Made by a program: the position numbers and the translations under genes. From assembly GCA_964016885.1 (NCBI GenBank), contig OZ024742.1:150660001-150724000 (forward strand): 64,000 nt of DNA. Direction: 5' to 3'. Below the pieces are notes generated by a model, which did not search any database, was not told the DNA's origin, and saw only the letters and a program-made list of their open reading frames with translations. The number at the start of each line of letters is the position of its first letter. Position 1 is the first letter of the stretch. The DNA comes from Eledone cirrhosa (Eukaryota). Below are positions 28,893-42,229 of the stretch, one piece after another.

Positions 28893-29901
28893 TAGGAAGA
28901 CATGATATGAAGGTTAAAACACACTTGTGAATAGTGCAGTTTTAAATCAACATATGAAAAGTAGTTTTAGATTGATGTGTGATATTGGGAAAAAAAATGT
29001 GAGGGGGGGGAAAGGAGGAGATGAGAGTAAAAAGTGGAGGGGGAGGAGTATAATGAGGAAGGATGAGATAGGAGGAGAGATGGGTGATAGAGAGAGAGAT
29101 AGCTTTTATAACTGAGAAAAATATATTGTTTTACATAGAGAGGTTAAAAAACCGATGGAAGATAATATATAAATTAAAAGAATTTGAAAATTAACGAAGA
29201 GAAAAATAATGTTAAGTTAAGGTTTGTATATTGAAGGGTTTAATAATATGTGCGATGAAAAGAAATTGTTAATATGTATTAAGAATAATATTTAAGGGTT
29301 TAATAATATGTGCGATGGGAAGAAAATGTTGATATGTATTATTAAAAAAATGTAAAAATATAGCAATAGTAAGGATACTTCTTTCACAATATATCCTTAC
29401 TTACATTACTATTGCTATATTTTTACATTTTTTTAATAATACATATCAACATTTTCTTTCCATCGCACATATTATTAAACCCTTAAATATTATTCTTAAT
29501 ACATATTAACAATTTCTTTTCATCGCACATATTATTAAACCCTTCAATATACAAACCTTAACTTAATATTATTTTTCTCTTCGTTAATTTTCAAATTCTT
29601 TTAATTTATATATTATCTTCCAACGGTTTTTCAACCTCTCTATGTAAAACAATATATTTTTCTCAGTTATAAAAGCTATCTCTCTCTCTCTATCACCCAT
29701 CTCTCCTCCTATCTCATCCTTCCTCATTATACTCCTCCCCCTCCACTTTTTACTCTCATCTCCTCCTCTTTTTCATCCTTTCCACCACCCCTCACATTTT
29801 TTTTCCCAATATCACACATCAATCTAAAACTACTTTTCATATGTTGATTTAAAACTGCACTATTCACAAGTGTGTTTTAACCTTCATATCATGTCTTCCT
29901 A

Positions 29902-29968
29902 TTTTATCTGATGAAAACACAAATGTTATTGCATGATGATATTTGTTTTTGAAATGCGCATAATAAAA
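29902..29968 (+). ncRNA. Type I hammerhead ribozyme with long stem II
   Basis: TTTTAT-CTGATGA-AAACACAAATG...ATATTTGTTTTT-GAAA-TGCGCA-TA-ATAAAA. Confidence 0.85.
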
Positions 29969-30096
29969 TACATGGAACTCTTTTAACCATCTTTTGATCT
30001 TATATATTATGTAAACTCCAGTCCTACAAACTGTAGAGTGCTTCTTATCCGATATCTGCATTGCTTTATTGTACTACAATAAAACTCACCTCCTAC

Positions 30097-30145
<49 letters not shown>

Positions 30146-30148
<3 letters not shown>

Positions 30149-30376
30149 AAAGGTAAACAGAAATAACAACACAATCGGTACAGTATATGGAAGGTATATA
30201 TTAGGTTAACGTTTGATATAGCAGGAAGAGGGTCTTAACGTTTCGGACGCTAGTTCTTCATCAGAAGAAAGAATGAGAAATAAAATAGATCAAGGGGACG
30301 GGCGGGATGGAATTGGAAAAAATGTCTTTAGATAAAAATAATAGGTCCATTCATGTTGACATCTCTTGCAAAATTG
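30146..30376 (-). mobile_element. PLE 3' fragment with minimal HHR (30232-30268)
   Basis: TCTT-CTGATGA-AGAACTAGCGTCC-GAAA-CG-TT-AAGA. Upstream FCKRCQHEWTY may be the CxH end of an endonuclease ORF. TA flanks. Confidence 0.7.
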
Positions 30377-30809
30377 TATATATATATATATACAATAAGC
30401 AGATAGTTATTTATGTTGGTAGATGAAACAATGTATATGTGTATTCAAGATGCATTATATCTGAATAAAAAGAACATGATAGTCATAACTGGAATGCATT
30501 TCATCATATGTAGTGACTATGGATCTTAAAGTAATGGGTAATAACATCGGTCTTTACTACAGGAATTCTGGGTTCAACTGGTTCCGGCTGACAGTTCCTG
30601 GAATGCGTACGAATCCAGGGTTATGGATTCTAGCTCAACTTCGAAATTCCGTTCTGTTATCCGTCGAAACAGGTGGAGATCCATGTCATTATAAAATCAA
30701 ACAAAAATAAGGATGATAACTTCAAATCAAAGATGTTTTTCCATTAGCAAAAGAGTCTCAATTAATGAATATTTCAGTCTTTGCAGCATTGATTTTAATT
30801 TTTTATCCT

Positions 30810-31400
30810 TAAGCACACGGCAACAAACCTATCTTCACATGTCGGAGATCACCTTCTGACGGTTTAAGTAGCACAATGTCGTCTGCAAATATCAGCTTAC
30901 TCCTGGTGGTTTTTATACTACTTCCACCACCGCTGTGCATGTTAATCCTATGTATGAAGATTAGGAACGAAAGAGGTGATAATACGTAACTCTGGGGGAG
31001 TCTCACACCCGCATTAAATGGTTTCGAGCTAGCACCATTTATCCGAACATAAATACTAGGGCATTCCTTCAAGGCAACGAGAAGTTGCCCATCGATCCCA
31101 TACTCCTACAGATCATTCCACCACAAGTCCTGTGGCACGCTGTTATATCTTATTGAGGTTCATAAAATAAGTAAACACTTTCGAAAGTACCCACTTAATT
31201 TCTCGAAGACCTCCCGCAGAGAGAATATTTCTCGGACACGACAATTTCACAACATGTCTTTGCCAGATACCTAGCGTAGAGTTTACCAAGGAGGCTTAAC
31301 AAGGAAATTTCTCTATAATTAGAACAATCTCTCTCGCTGTACGTTTGGAAAATTGGGACTATCACTCACGATTGCCATTACTTTGGTGCCATTTCAGAGA
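30810..31400 (-). pseudogene. RTE-like LINE reverse transcriptase fragment
   Basis: VRINGASSKPF...GVRLPQSYVLSPLSF...LIFADDIVLL. Confidence 0.8.
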
Positions 31401-31404
31401 TCTA

Positions 31405-32040
31405 GTGGGTCTGGCGCGTGATAAGGCCATGCCATTGAATTTTGTTCGCAATATAAATCGCACTATAAATCCATACACGCGAATAAGTTTGTCGACCATT
31501 TACTTACCATTTAATTAATTATTTACTTTTTAACTAATTAATAACATTAGAATTAGAATTATTCACTTTTCCTAACTTTATACTTTTTTATATTTTTCAT
31601 AACTCTTTTAATTTTTTACTTTTCTTAATATATTTACCGATATAATTAATATAATTATTTACCATCCGTCATAGTAGTCACACTGACTGGGGATCCACCT
31701 CCATATCAATTATATTCTTTGTTTATATTTGCCGTAATCCAGTAATTGATTAATTAATCAATGTGATTTACATCTGATGACGTTGCCACATGTCCTGCGC
31801 CATGATCTGACAACGGAAACGCACCATAGAAATACGTATTGTGATATTTCCAACATGAAAGGAATATTTAGAATCCAGTCTTCGGTTTTCATTGAAGTAT
31901 TTAACTCCGCTTCTGCACCAATCACGAGATGCCATATCTACGATGGTTGATATGGATAAGGTTGGGTGCTTTTGTTTATTGCATCATGGTCTGCAAATAG
32001 GAACGTCAAGTTAAACCATCCAACGTAAATAGTCTATGGG
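31405..32040 (+). mobile_element. PLE 3' end with HHR at 31768-31844 and family C-like tail
   Basis: TTACAT-CTGATGA-CGTTG...CAACG-GAAA-CG...CG-TA-TTGTGA; tail motif GTTGGGTGCT at 31961; ends at (TA)n. Possible ORF end RNINRTINPYTRISLSTIY. Confidence 0.65.
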
Positions 32041-32225
32041 TATATATATATATATGTGTGTGTGTGTGTATGTGTCTGTGTCTGTGTGTGTGTGTGAATG
32101 TATGTATCTATATGCTTATATATATATGTATGCCCATACATACACACATACTCACACACATACATCCCCACACACACATCAATAAAACATATCTATATAT
32201 ATATAAATATATTTATATATATATT

Positions 32226-32342
<117 letters not shown>

Positions 32343-32609
32343 AGGCATATCGTGTATCGTGTCTTCCTGTTGTCATCTCACCTCTTATATTCTGAATGCT
32401 CATGAAAGGCATAGCATGGCATACTATTCTGATCACTTGCAAATCAGTGGTCATGTGTTTCTCGGCCAAAGAAATCAATAACGCACTCGAGTCTCGTTAT
32501 TCCGGTACCAATTCCCGCTAGTTTAGCTAAGTTAACACCAGTCGGCATGGTATCCGCTTCACCTAGTTACCAATTCATTGAGTCACCACTCACCAATGAC
32601 TAATTACTA

Positions 32610-33430
32610 ATCATTTGGCAGTATCGGTAGAGGGTCGGACATGCTTTCCAGCATAGTTACGTCCCTTTACGATATGAGTTCAAATCCCGCCGAGGTTAAC
32701 TTTGCCTTTCATCCATACAGAGGTCGATAACATAAAGTACCAGTAATGTACTGTGTAATTGCTGGCCTTGTGCCAAAAGTAGAAACAATTATATACACAC
32801 AAACACAAAAGGGCGGTGAATTGGCAGTATCTGTAGAGAGTCGGACGCCATGCTTTCCAACATAGTTACGTCCCTTTACGATCTGAGTTCAAATCCGGCC
32901 GAGGTTAACTTTGCCTTTCATCCTTACGAGGTCGATAAAATAAAGTACCAGTAATGTACTGGGTAATTGCTGGCCTTGTGCCTAAAATAAAAACAATTAT
33001 ATACACACAAACACACACACACATATATATATATATATAATTATTTTTACTTTTGGCACAAGGCCAGCTATTACCTCGGTGTATTACTGGTACTTTATTT
33101 TATCGACCCCCGTAAGGATGAAAGGCAAAGTTAAGCTCGGCGGGATTTGAACTCAGAATGGCAAGGGCTGTAACTCAATGCGTCAAAGCATGACGTCCGA
33201 CTCTCTACCGATACTTCCAATCTACCTTCCTATTATATATATATATAATTGTTTCTACTTTTGGCACAAGGCCAGCAATAACCCAGTGCATTACTGGTAC
33301 TTTATTTTATCGACCCCGTAATGATGAAAGGGAAAGTTAACCTCGGCGGGATTTGATCTGAGTTCAAATAAAGTACCAGTAATACACTGAGGTAATAGCT
33401 GGCCTTGTGCCAAAAGTAGAAACAATTATA
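32610..33430. mobile_element. Cluster of tRNA-SINE copies in both orientations (Octopus-type)
   Basis: TTGGCAGTATC...GAGTTCAAATCCCGCCGAGGTTAACTTTGCCTTTCATCC...GTCGATAAAATAAAGTACCAG. Other copies at 9260, 10910, 22640, 24490, 33740, 37180, 45260, 46145-46570 and 57893-58080. Confidence 0.85.
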
Positions 33431-33476
33431 TATATATGTGTGTGTGTGTGTATGTGTGTTTTGTTTGTGTGTGTGT

Positions 33477-33555
33477 ATCCCGGGTTCAATCGGGGGTAAC
33501 CACACTAAGTAAGGTACTCAATACATAGCAGAGTATAAGCCATTTCTATATTAAA
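33477..33555 (-). mobile_element. Tail-only copy of family H
   Basis: Reverse complement resembles 40160-40237 and 41883-41960. Confidence 0.7.
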
Positions 33556-33648
33556 TATATATATATATGTGTGTGTGTGTGTGTAATTTGAATGTATGTA
33601 TATATGTATGTATGCATGTATATATAGATACATACATATATATAAATA

Positions 33649-33736
<88 letters not shown>

Positions 33737-34049
33737 CGAATTGATCGAGTCAATAGAGCGTAGGATAGCATGGTTTGGAGTATTCGTTCCGGCTCTCTGC
33801 CAATCCCACCAAGGTTAACTTTGCCTTTAATCCTTTCGAGGTCGATAAAAAAAACTACTAGTCTAGTAGTGGGGTTGATATTTCCTCTTCCTCATTTAGT
33901 CTCTATCACCATTTCTCTTTCTCTGAAAGAATTCAACTATGTTCAGACCTGGAGAGGAGATGGGCGCTGCCAGGTTTAACAAAAAAGAAAAACCCAAGAA
34001 ACAACGCATATCACTAGTGTACCCCTACGACTCCATTAGGAGTTACGGG

Positions 34050-34191
<142 letters not shown>

Positions 34192-34597
34192 CTTTAAGGT
34201 CTTATAAGGTCAAGTGTTAGTTTCTGGCTACTGAAATTCTAGTGCTGCGGCGACCCTTAAATTAAACAGCAAATTTAGGTGCGTCTTATAAGCCGTCAAA
34301 TATGGTATATATTTCTTTTCTAATTTAGAGGGAAATTCGTATTTTCTGTCATGTTTACATGCCTGCAAATAAGATATGTGAAGGCGTGTGGCTGATTGGT
34401 TAGAGAAATGGATTCGCAATCGTGAGGTTGTCAGTTCGTTTCCTAGACCGGGTGATGAGTTATGTCCTTGAGCAAGACACTTTATTTCACGTCGTTGCTC
34501 CTTCTACCTGGAGTTGCGACCGATAGATAGCATTAACAATTGGAAAGACCAACGGAAACATTGTTTCCTCGGTCCGATTTGACGAAAGTCGATCGAC

Positions 34598-34634
<37 letters not shown>

Positions 34635-35183
34635 ATATGTATATATAGCGATGAGGCAAAGTTATTAGGGTGACAAATTAAAAATGCCATGTCTCATTAT
34701 TTGAGTTCTTATCCAACCAAGGTTCGATTAGATTGATGTAGTCGATGTTCAGTTTAAATTGTTGCAAGCGGTTTTCAGAAGAGAATACGTACTGAGGATG
34801 AAGAACTGGTTATTACGGGGCCTGGGGTATTCGCCACAATATGAGTGATGAGAAGAAGAGAGAAAGAGAAACTAGTCATCTGGATGTCTCTGATAGGATC
34901 TGACACAAGGTAAGCAGGCTGAGAGAGAGAACTCTGTGGGACTGAGGCTGGGGCATGTCTGTCAGTGACTTTATTCCAATCAGACTAGTGTTCTTTTTCT
35001 GGATGCAGTCTAGAATGTTCATGTGTATGGCAGCAGCAACGTCCTAGATCTGAGAGCAATCTTTCATTTTTTGTCTTATCTGAATTTTGTAGAGAGAGTC
35101 AGATATTGTTGGGGAGATGAAATATTTTATGACTCTACGTGCACACATACTCATACATTCGCGTACATATTTATACACACATA

Positions 35184-35837
<654 letters not shown>

Positions 35838-36355
35838 CGAAATGTGCTAGCAGCCGAACTGTACGATAGTTATAAATGTATATATGCAGTGTGGATAACC
35901 GAGACTGCACCAATTTCTATATAAATACATTTTTAAGAAGTAAACATGCCAGAAAATACGAAAAATGAACACCTTTAAGTCGTGTATATCAGTCAAACAA
36001 CCAGATGGAGACACGTATTTGATGGGCTTATATACCCATTTGCTCTTAGTAGTATTCTGAAAGGGACGTACTAATTTGTATATAATTAGCGCTCGTGTTG
36101 GTACTTAATTAAGATATATATTGAGAAGTGTGGTGGGAACTGAAGTGTCCGATCAAGTTATATCTATATATTTACAGAGAGGGCAACCGAGACTGTGTAT
36201 ATACATATATATTTATTTCTTAGGGCTAAGTTTTCCAATTAGTCACAATAAATGAATATTTAAATTCTACTTCAGTATTGAGGTCTTATTCTCGCGTCCA
36301 CCAATAACACACGGAAATACATATATGTATATATATATGTGTGTGTGTGTATCTA

Positions 36356-36433
<78 letters not shown>

Positions 36434-36756
36434 GAGATAGGGGGAGAGTGGGAGGGAGAGAGAGAGTGGGAGAGAGATCCGTTCCTGTTCACGGCAATCT
36501 AATTTCAGTTTAAATCTAGCTGAGATCATCTTTGCCTTTCACTCTTTCGGGGTCGATAACTAAAGTACTTGCCGATTCTTCGTTTATAAGTTTTTATTTT
36601 TATTTTTACTTTCTCTCTATGAAGAGAAGATGAGCTTAAATGCGCACAAAACGACTTATGTTACGACAACACCCCTACATTTGCTCTAGGATTTCAGGGT
36701 CCATGGAAATATGTGTGTGTATATATATATATATAGATATATATATATATATATAC

Positions 36757-37175
36757 CATTTATGTTATTTATTGATAAACTGGCCATTCGGGTTAGCAAA
36801 CTATGATGTAATAGTAAGAAAAGCACTCTACATTATGCAACTCATCCAGCGTAGATGTGGTAACCCGTGGCTGGTGCAGGAACGGAATTAAATATCTATT
36901 TAAAAACAATAGAAGGTCGGACTGGAAATATCCCTTTAAAGTTTTAATGTTTCAAAAAACACTATACATATTTCAATGGCCTAGTTACATCCATCGAGCA
37001 TGACATAAGACCTTGGCGACATCATCAGGTTCGGATTGCATAATTAGTTAATCAATAAAAGAAATTACGGCAAACGCAAACTGAGAATAGAGAATATACT
37101 TGATTCGGAGTTGGCCCGTGAATTTGCTGTTATTGTTTTGGTGAACCATATCCGAATGTTTTTAAATAAATAAAT
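36757..37175 (-). mobile_element. Family C-like single arm with HHR core (36960-37031)
   Basis: CTGATGA-T...GCC...GGCCAT-T-GAAA-TATGTA-TA-GTG; tail motif at 36822. Confidence 0.7.
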
Positions 37176-37369
37176 ATATAATTGTTTCTACTTTTGGCAC
37201 AAGGCCAGCAATTACTCAGTGTATTACTGGTACTTTATTTTATCGACCCCGTAAGGATGAAAGTATAATATAGTAAAACATGTTCCAATGTGCATAGTTC
37301 ATTATTGCATCTGCTCAGCTCCAGTGAATTCTGATCTCTGTGGGACAATAATGAATAAATGTATACAAC

Positions 37370-38122
37370 TACTGCTACCGCTACCAACACATACACCACT
37401 TCCATTCTCCTCCCCAACATCATTAAAATGGCACCTGCCACCCTCATCATAATCATTCTCATCATAACTATGATCATGATGATCATCTTCATGGCCATCC
37501 TAATCATCATCTTGGTTGTCGTCATTTTCATCATCATCATCATCGTTGTTATTATTACTGCCGTCGTCATTTTTGTCGATGTTGTTTCTTATTATCGTTG
37601 CATCCTTTCTTATATTGGCTCAATTTCTTTTAATGGTGGGTGTATAGTAGAAGGTATCTTTCCCAATAATAAATCTATTTGAACAAACGGCAAAACAACA
37701 CAGGTAAAGTCGTACTTCTCTCAACCAAGACCTCAGCGGAGAAATGACAGCCCGACTTAGTAATCTAAATCGGACATGCAGAAAGCTCTTTCGACAAATT
37801 CCAGCAACACATTCCAACGATAACATTATCGTTATCATCATCATCTTAAACGTTATCCTCCTCCTCCTCCTTCTCCTTCTCCTTCTTTTCATCATCATCA
37901 CCATTGTTATTGTTTGTATTGTGTTCATTTATCATTCCTATAAACGGTTATCATTTCTATTGGTGATTTGTTATTAGATATTATGCATTCAATAAACTTA
38001 AACAGTTTCCCCTTTTTTGTAAGTTTGGTCTTGTTCTTTGCCCATCAAATATTATCATCGTAGACATCGCCGTCATCAACATCACCACGAACGCCATTGT
38101 CGTTGTCGTCGCCATCTTCATT

Positions 38123-38170
<48 letters not shown>

Positions 38171-38420
38171 GTCGTCATCATTATAATGTTTATCATCATT
38201 GAGAATAAAATTAACATGAATAACAGCAACAAACGACCAGGAACTGCTCCACAGTAGTCTTCAAATGCAAGGCCATCTAATGACAGCACTAGCAACAATA
38301 ACATGAGTAATAACAGCAGTGGCTGCAACGGTTGCAGCAGCAGTAGTAATAACAACAGCAACATCAACACCTGAAACAAGAGTAACATCAGCGGCAGCAG
38401 TAGCAGCAGGTCTTTCACAT
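37370..38420. repeat. Degenerate trinucleotide low-complexity region ((CAT)n, (CAG)n, (AAC)n)
   Basis: Directly visible repeats that explain the poly-M/I/L ORFs. Confidence 0.85.
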
Positions 38421-38536
38421 AATTTAGCAGTAGTACTTGGTTTAATTAAACTGAATCCGGCAGGGGATTTTACGCCGGCTGAGTAAAGAAAGTAATACAT
38501 ACATACATACTTACTTATATCTAGCTTCGTAAAGCA

Positions 38537-38594
<58 letters not shown>

Positions 38595-40002
38595 TGTTAA
38601 GGAGGAGAGAGAGAAGCAAAAAGGAGAGAAGAAGAATACTTAGAGACTCTTGAGGCACGGAGATATAGGTAGTCGACGGGGTAGTTTATTTCTTTCTGGC
38701 CGAGAATGACAACAGCGTGAGCCGGCAATCAAAGCGGCGGCACGGTGCGATTTGGGGGAAACACCACATCGATCTCTCTTCACTCTCGACCTCTCTCCTT
38801 ACTCTCACACTCTCTCACTCTCTAACTATCTAAGCAATCTCTCTACGTCAACTATTCCTGTTATCAAAAACAACAGCAATAATTACTAGAACAACAGATA
38901 ATACTACTACTACTACTACTACTACTACTACGACGACGACGACGACAATAACAACAAAAACATCAACAACAGCAACAACAACAACAACTACTACTACTAC
39001 TACTACTACTACTACAATTGAAGATACCGTTTGACAACAATAACGTTATTGCGATAACAAGACCAACCTTACAAAAACTGTTGTAACACCAACAAACAAC
39101 ATAGACGGACATTACATTGCTACTGTTCGTTTAGATTTATGCAAGCCTATATATAATATAAATACATATACACATGTATGTACTGTTATAGATCACATTA
39201 CACGCCAATAAGATAAGGTATACACGAGCGGTAAAAAGGGCGAAAAAAAATTAGCAAAACACACACACACACACAAAAATAGAATATAATTATCTTTCGA
39301 TTAAGTAAGTCAATGTTGGTGATTGGAGCATACATACAAAGGTTGTTCATTTGGGATTAGATGTTGAAAATGAAACAGTCATTAAGTTTTTCCCCTCCAG
39401 ATAGAGATATATCCACATTGACATAAATACACACACACACACACACACATATACATTCACATACATTCACACACGCGTGCTCACGCGCACACACACACAC
39501 ACACACTCGCTCACATTTTTGTAGCGAATACTTTCACACGCAAATGCATTTATACGTCTATAAATACATATATAGAGAGAGATAGATAGATTTTCTTTCT
39601 TTCTCACGCACACTCTTTATTGTCATATACATATATGTATACATAAAGAGACAGACAAACTATATATTTCTATTCTTTTACTTTCATGCAATTAATATTA
39701 TTAAGGAACGTTGAGAAATATTGAAGCAATACAACATTTCTATCATGTCTGGGAAATTACTACTCATTATCTTCTTTCTTACTTCGGCATATTCCAACTT
39801 TCCTCATAAGGTAAGCTAATTATAATTTGTTTTGTTTCTTTTTATTGAATGCATAGAAATAGAGGGGTATATATATATATATATACATACATACATACGT
39901 TGAAACCTCCTCCACTTCCACCAAGCGTGAACCTAATATAATTGTGTAAAATTGCCTCCTGTGTTTTGTTTGTTTCATTTATTAATTATATATACATATA
40001 TA

Positions 40003-40056
<54 letters not shown>

Positions 40057-40059
<3 letters not shown>

Positions 40060-40240
40060 TTAATATAGATGAGATTCTACAGGACTAGAACTGTTTCATT
40101 CTTTAGAAATCATGATGATTTCTAAAGAATGAAACAGATCTAGTCTTGTAGAATCTCATCTATATTAAAACTTTTATACTCTGCTATGTATTGAGTACCT
40201 TACTTACTGTGGTTACCTCCGATTCAACCCGGAATAACGT
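40057..40240 (+). mobile_element. Family H palindrome, fold-back inside CUGAUGA
   Basis: Arms 40057-40112 and 40114-40171 joined at TCATGATGA; tail to 40240. Confidence 0.85.
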
Positions 40241-40260
40241 ACGTATATATATATACGTGT

Positions 40261-40322
<62 letters not shown>

Positions 40323-40597
40323 ACGCTCGCGCGCACGCACACACACACACACATATATATATATGCACATACATATCAGAGTGGGTTTATGGATAGCCAT
40401 ATATGTGTGCGTGTGTGTGTGTATGTATGATTATGTACAAATATGTGTGTGTGTGTGCGTATACGATTAATTTATACATGTGTTAGAATCACATACACAC
40501 ACATATATACATATACATATATATATACATATATATATATATAGATATATATAGATATATATATATACACACACATGTGTGCATGTGTATATTTATG

Positions 40598-40632
<35 letters not shown>

Positions 40633-41188
40633 CTATAGCTAAGACAATAGAATATATATATTTATAAATCATATCATTTATATCTATGTTTATACACTAC
40701 CGTCAAGTGAGGCGCTAAAAATAGGAGCTAAACCTCTCTCAAATCACATGCCCTTGTCAAAATCAGGAAAAATAACCCAACATATTAGATATTGCTCAAT
40801 AGGGGCTGACCTGGGAATAAATAACAATAACACTTATACGCATCTATTGGGCTGCTATGACATATGATTATAAATGTGTAGGGGGCACATATTAGAGCTA
40901 ATTGAATAATAAACTGTTAATTACTGGTACTGGGGTTAGGGAATACAGAGGAATTAAAATGACTAGCTGACTTTTGTGGGATTCGATCTCAGAACGCGGA
41001 ACAACGAATCTATGTACAGCTATCTATTTAGTCTATCATTCTATTGTCTTAGCTATAGCTACCTTTATTGTCCAGTTTTATAAACATACACTCACACACA
41101 CATATACACACAAACACACACAAATATATATATATATATACATACATAAATATACACATGCACACATGTGTGTGTGTATATATATATC

Positions 41189-41251
<63 letters not shown>

Positions 41252-41284
41252 ATATGCATACATAAATATACACATGCACACATG

Positions 41285-41317
<33 letters not shown>

Positions 41318-41678
41318 CATATATATGTGTGTGTGTCTGTCTGTCTCCGTGTGTGTGTGTGTGTGTCTGTCTGTCTGTGTGGGTATGTATATGAGTGACG
41401 TGTGTTCCTGAACAGCGTGATAAAAATTATTCATTTAAATACTTCACCTTTTTTTCTGTTTCATAGTTTCATGGACTACTAGACTTATTATCATAGAACT
41501 TGAATAATAACATTAGAATTTTTGGAACGATATATAATATATTAAATAGTGGTATAAATTGTTTTCCTATCTGATAGATTTTATTTTGAAATAGATTGTA
41601 TCACTGGGTATGATGTGTCTCTCAAATGCGCAATATTCCATTTGCTCGCCCCCCTGTGTTTTCTCACTACACACCACA

Positions 41679-41767
<89 letters not shown>

Positions 41768-41770
<3 letters not shown>

Positions 41771-41961
41771 GATGAGATTCTACAGGACTAGAACTGTTTC
41801 ATTCATTAGAAATCATCAGGAATCATCGGGATTCCTGATGATTTCTAATGAATGAAACAGTTCTAGTCCTGTAGAATCTCATCTATATTAAAACTTTTAT
41901 ACTCTGCTATGTATTGAGTACCTTACTTACTGTGGTTACCTCCGATTCAACCCGGAATAAC

Positions 41962-41962
<1 letters not shown>
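41768..41962 (+). mobile_element. Family H palindrome: two complete HHRs back to back
   Basis: HHR(-) at 41776-41824, 5-nt spacer, HHR(+) at 41830-41878, tail to 41962. Confidence 0.9.
41830..41878 (+). ncRNA. Type I hammerhead ribozyme
   Basis: GATTC-CTGATGA-T-TTC-TAAT-GAA-T-GAAA-CAG-TTCTAGTC-CTG-TA-GAATC. Confidence 0.9.
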
Positions 41963-42016
<54 letters not shown>

Positions 42017-42129
42017 TTATATATATATATATTCCTTACACATACTGTACCATTGTTATTTCTGTTTACCTTTTACACACACACACACATACATATATAC
42101 ATATATACATACATACATGCATGCATGCA

Positions 42130-42229
<100 letters not shown>

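Larger units (their letters stand above)
28785..30098 (+). mobile_element. Giant palindromic PLE-type insertion (~590-bp arms, family G)
   Basis: 28785-29372 is the near-perfect reverse complement of 29405-30009; tail 30010-30098; TA flanks. Confidence 0.9.

Noticed and set aside
32610-33430. Regularly repeated sequence suggestive of a CRISPR-like array
   Set aside because: These are nested or inverted SINE copies in a eukaryotic context, with no repeat-spacer periodicity.
38592-38870. Possible solo LTR
   Set aside because: Ends and TSD could not be defined.
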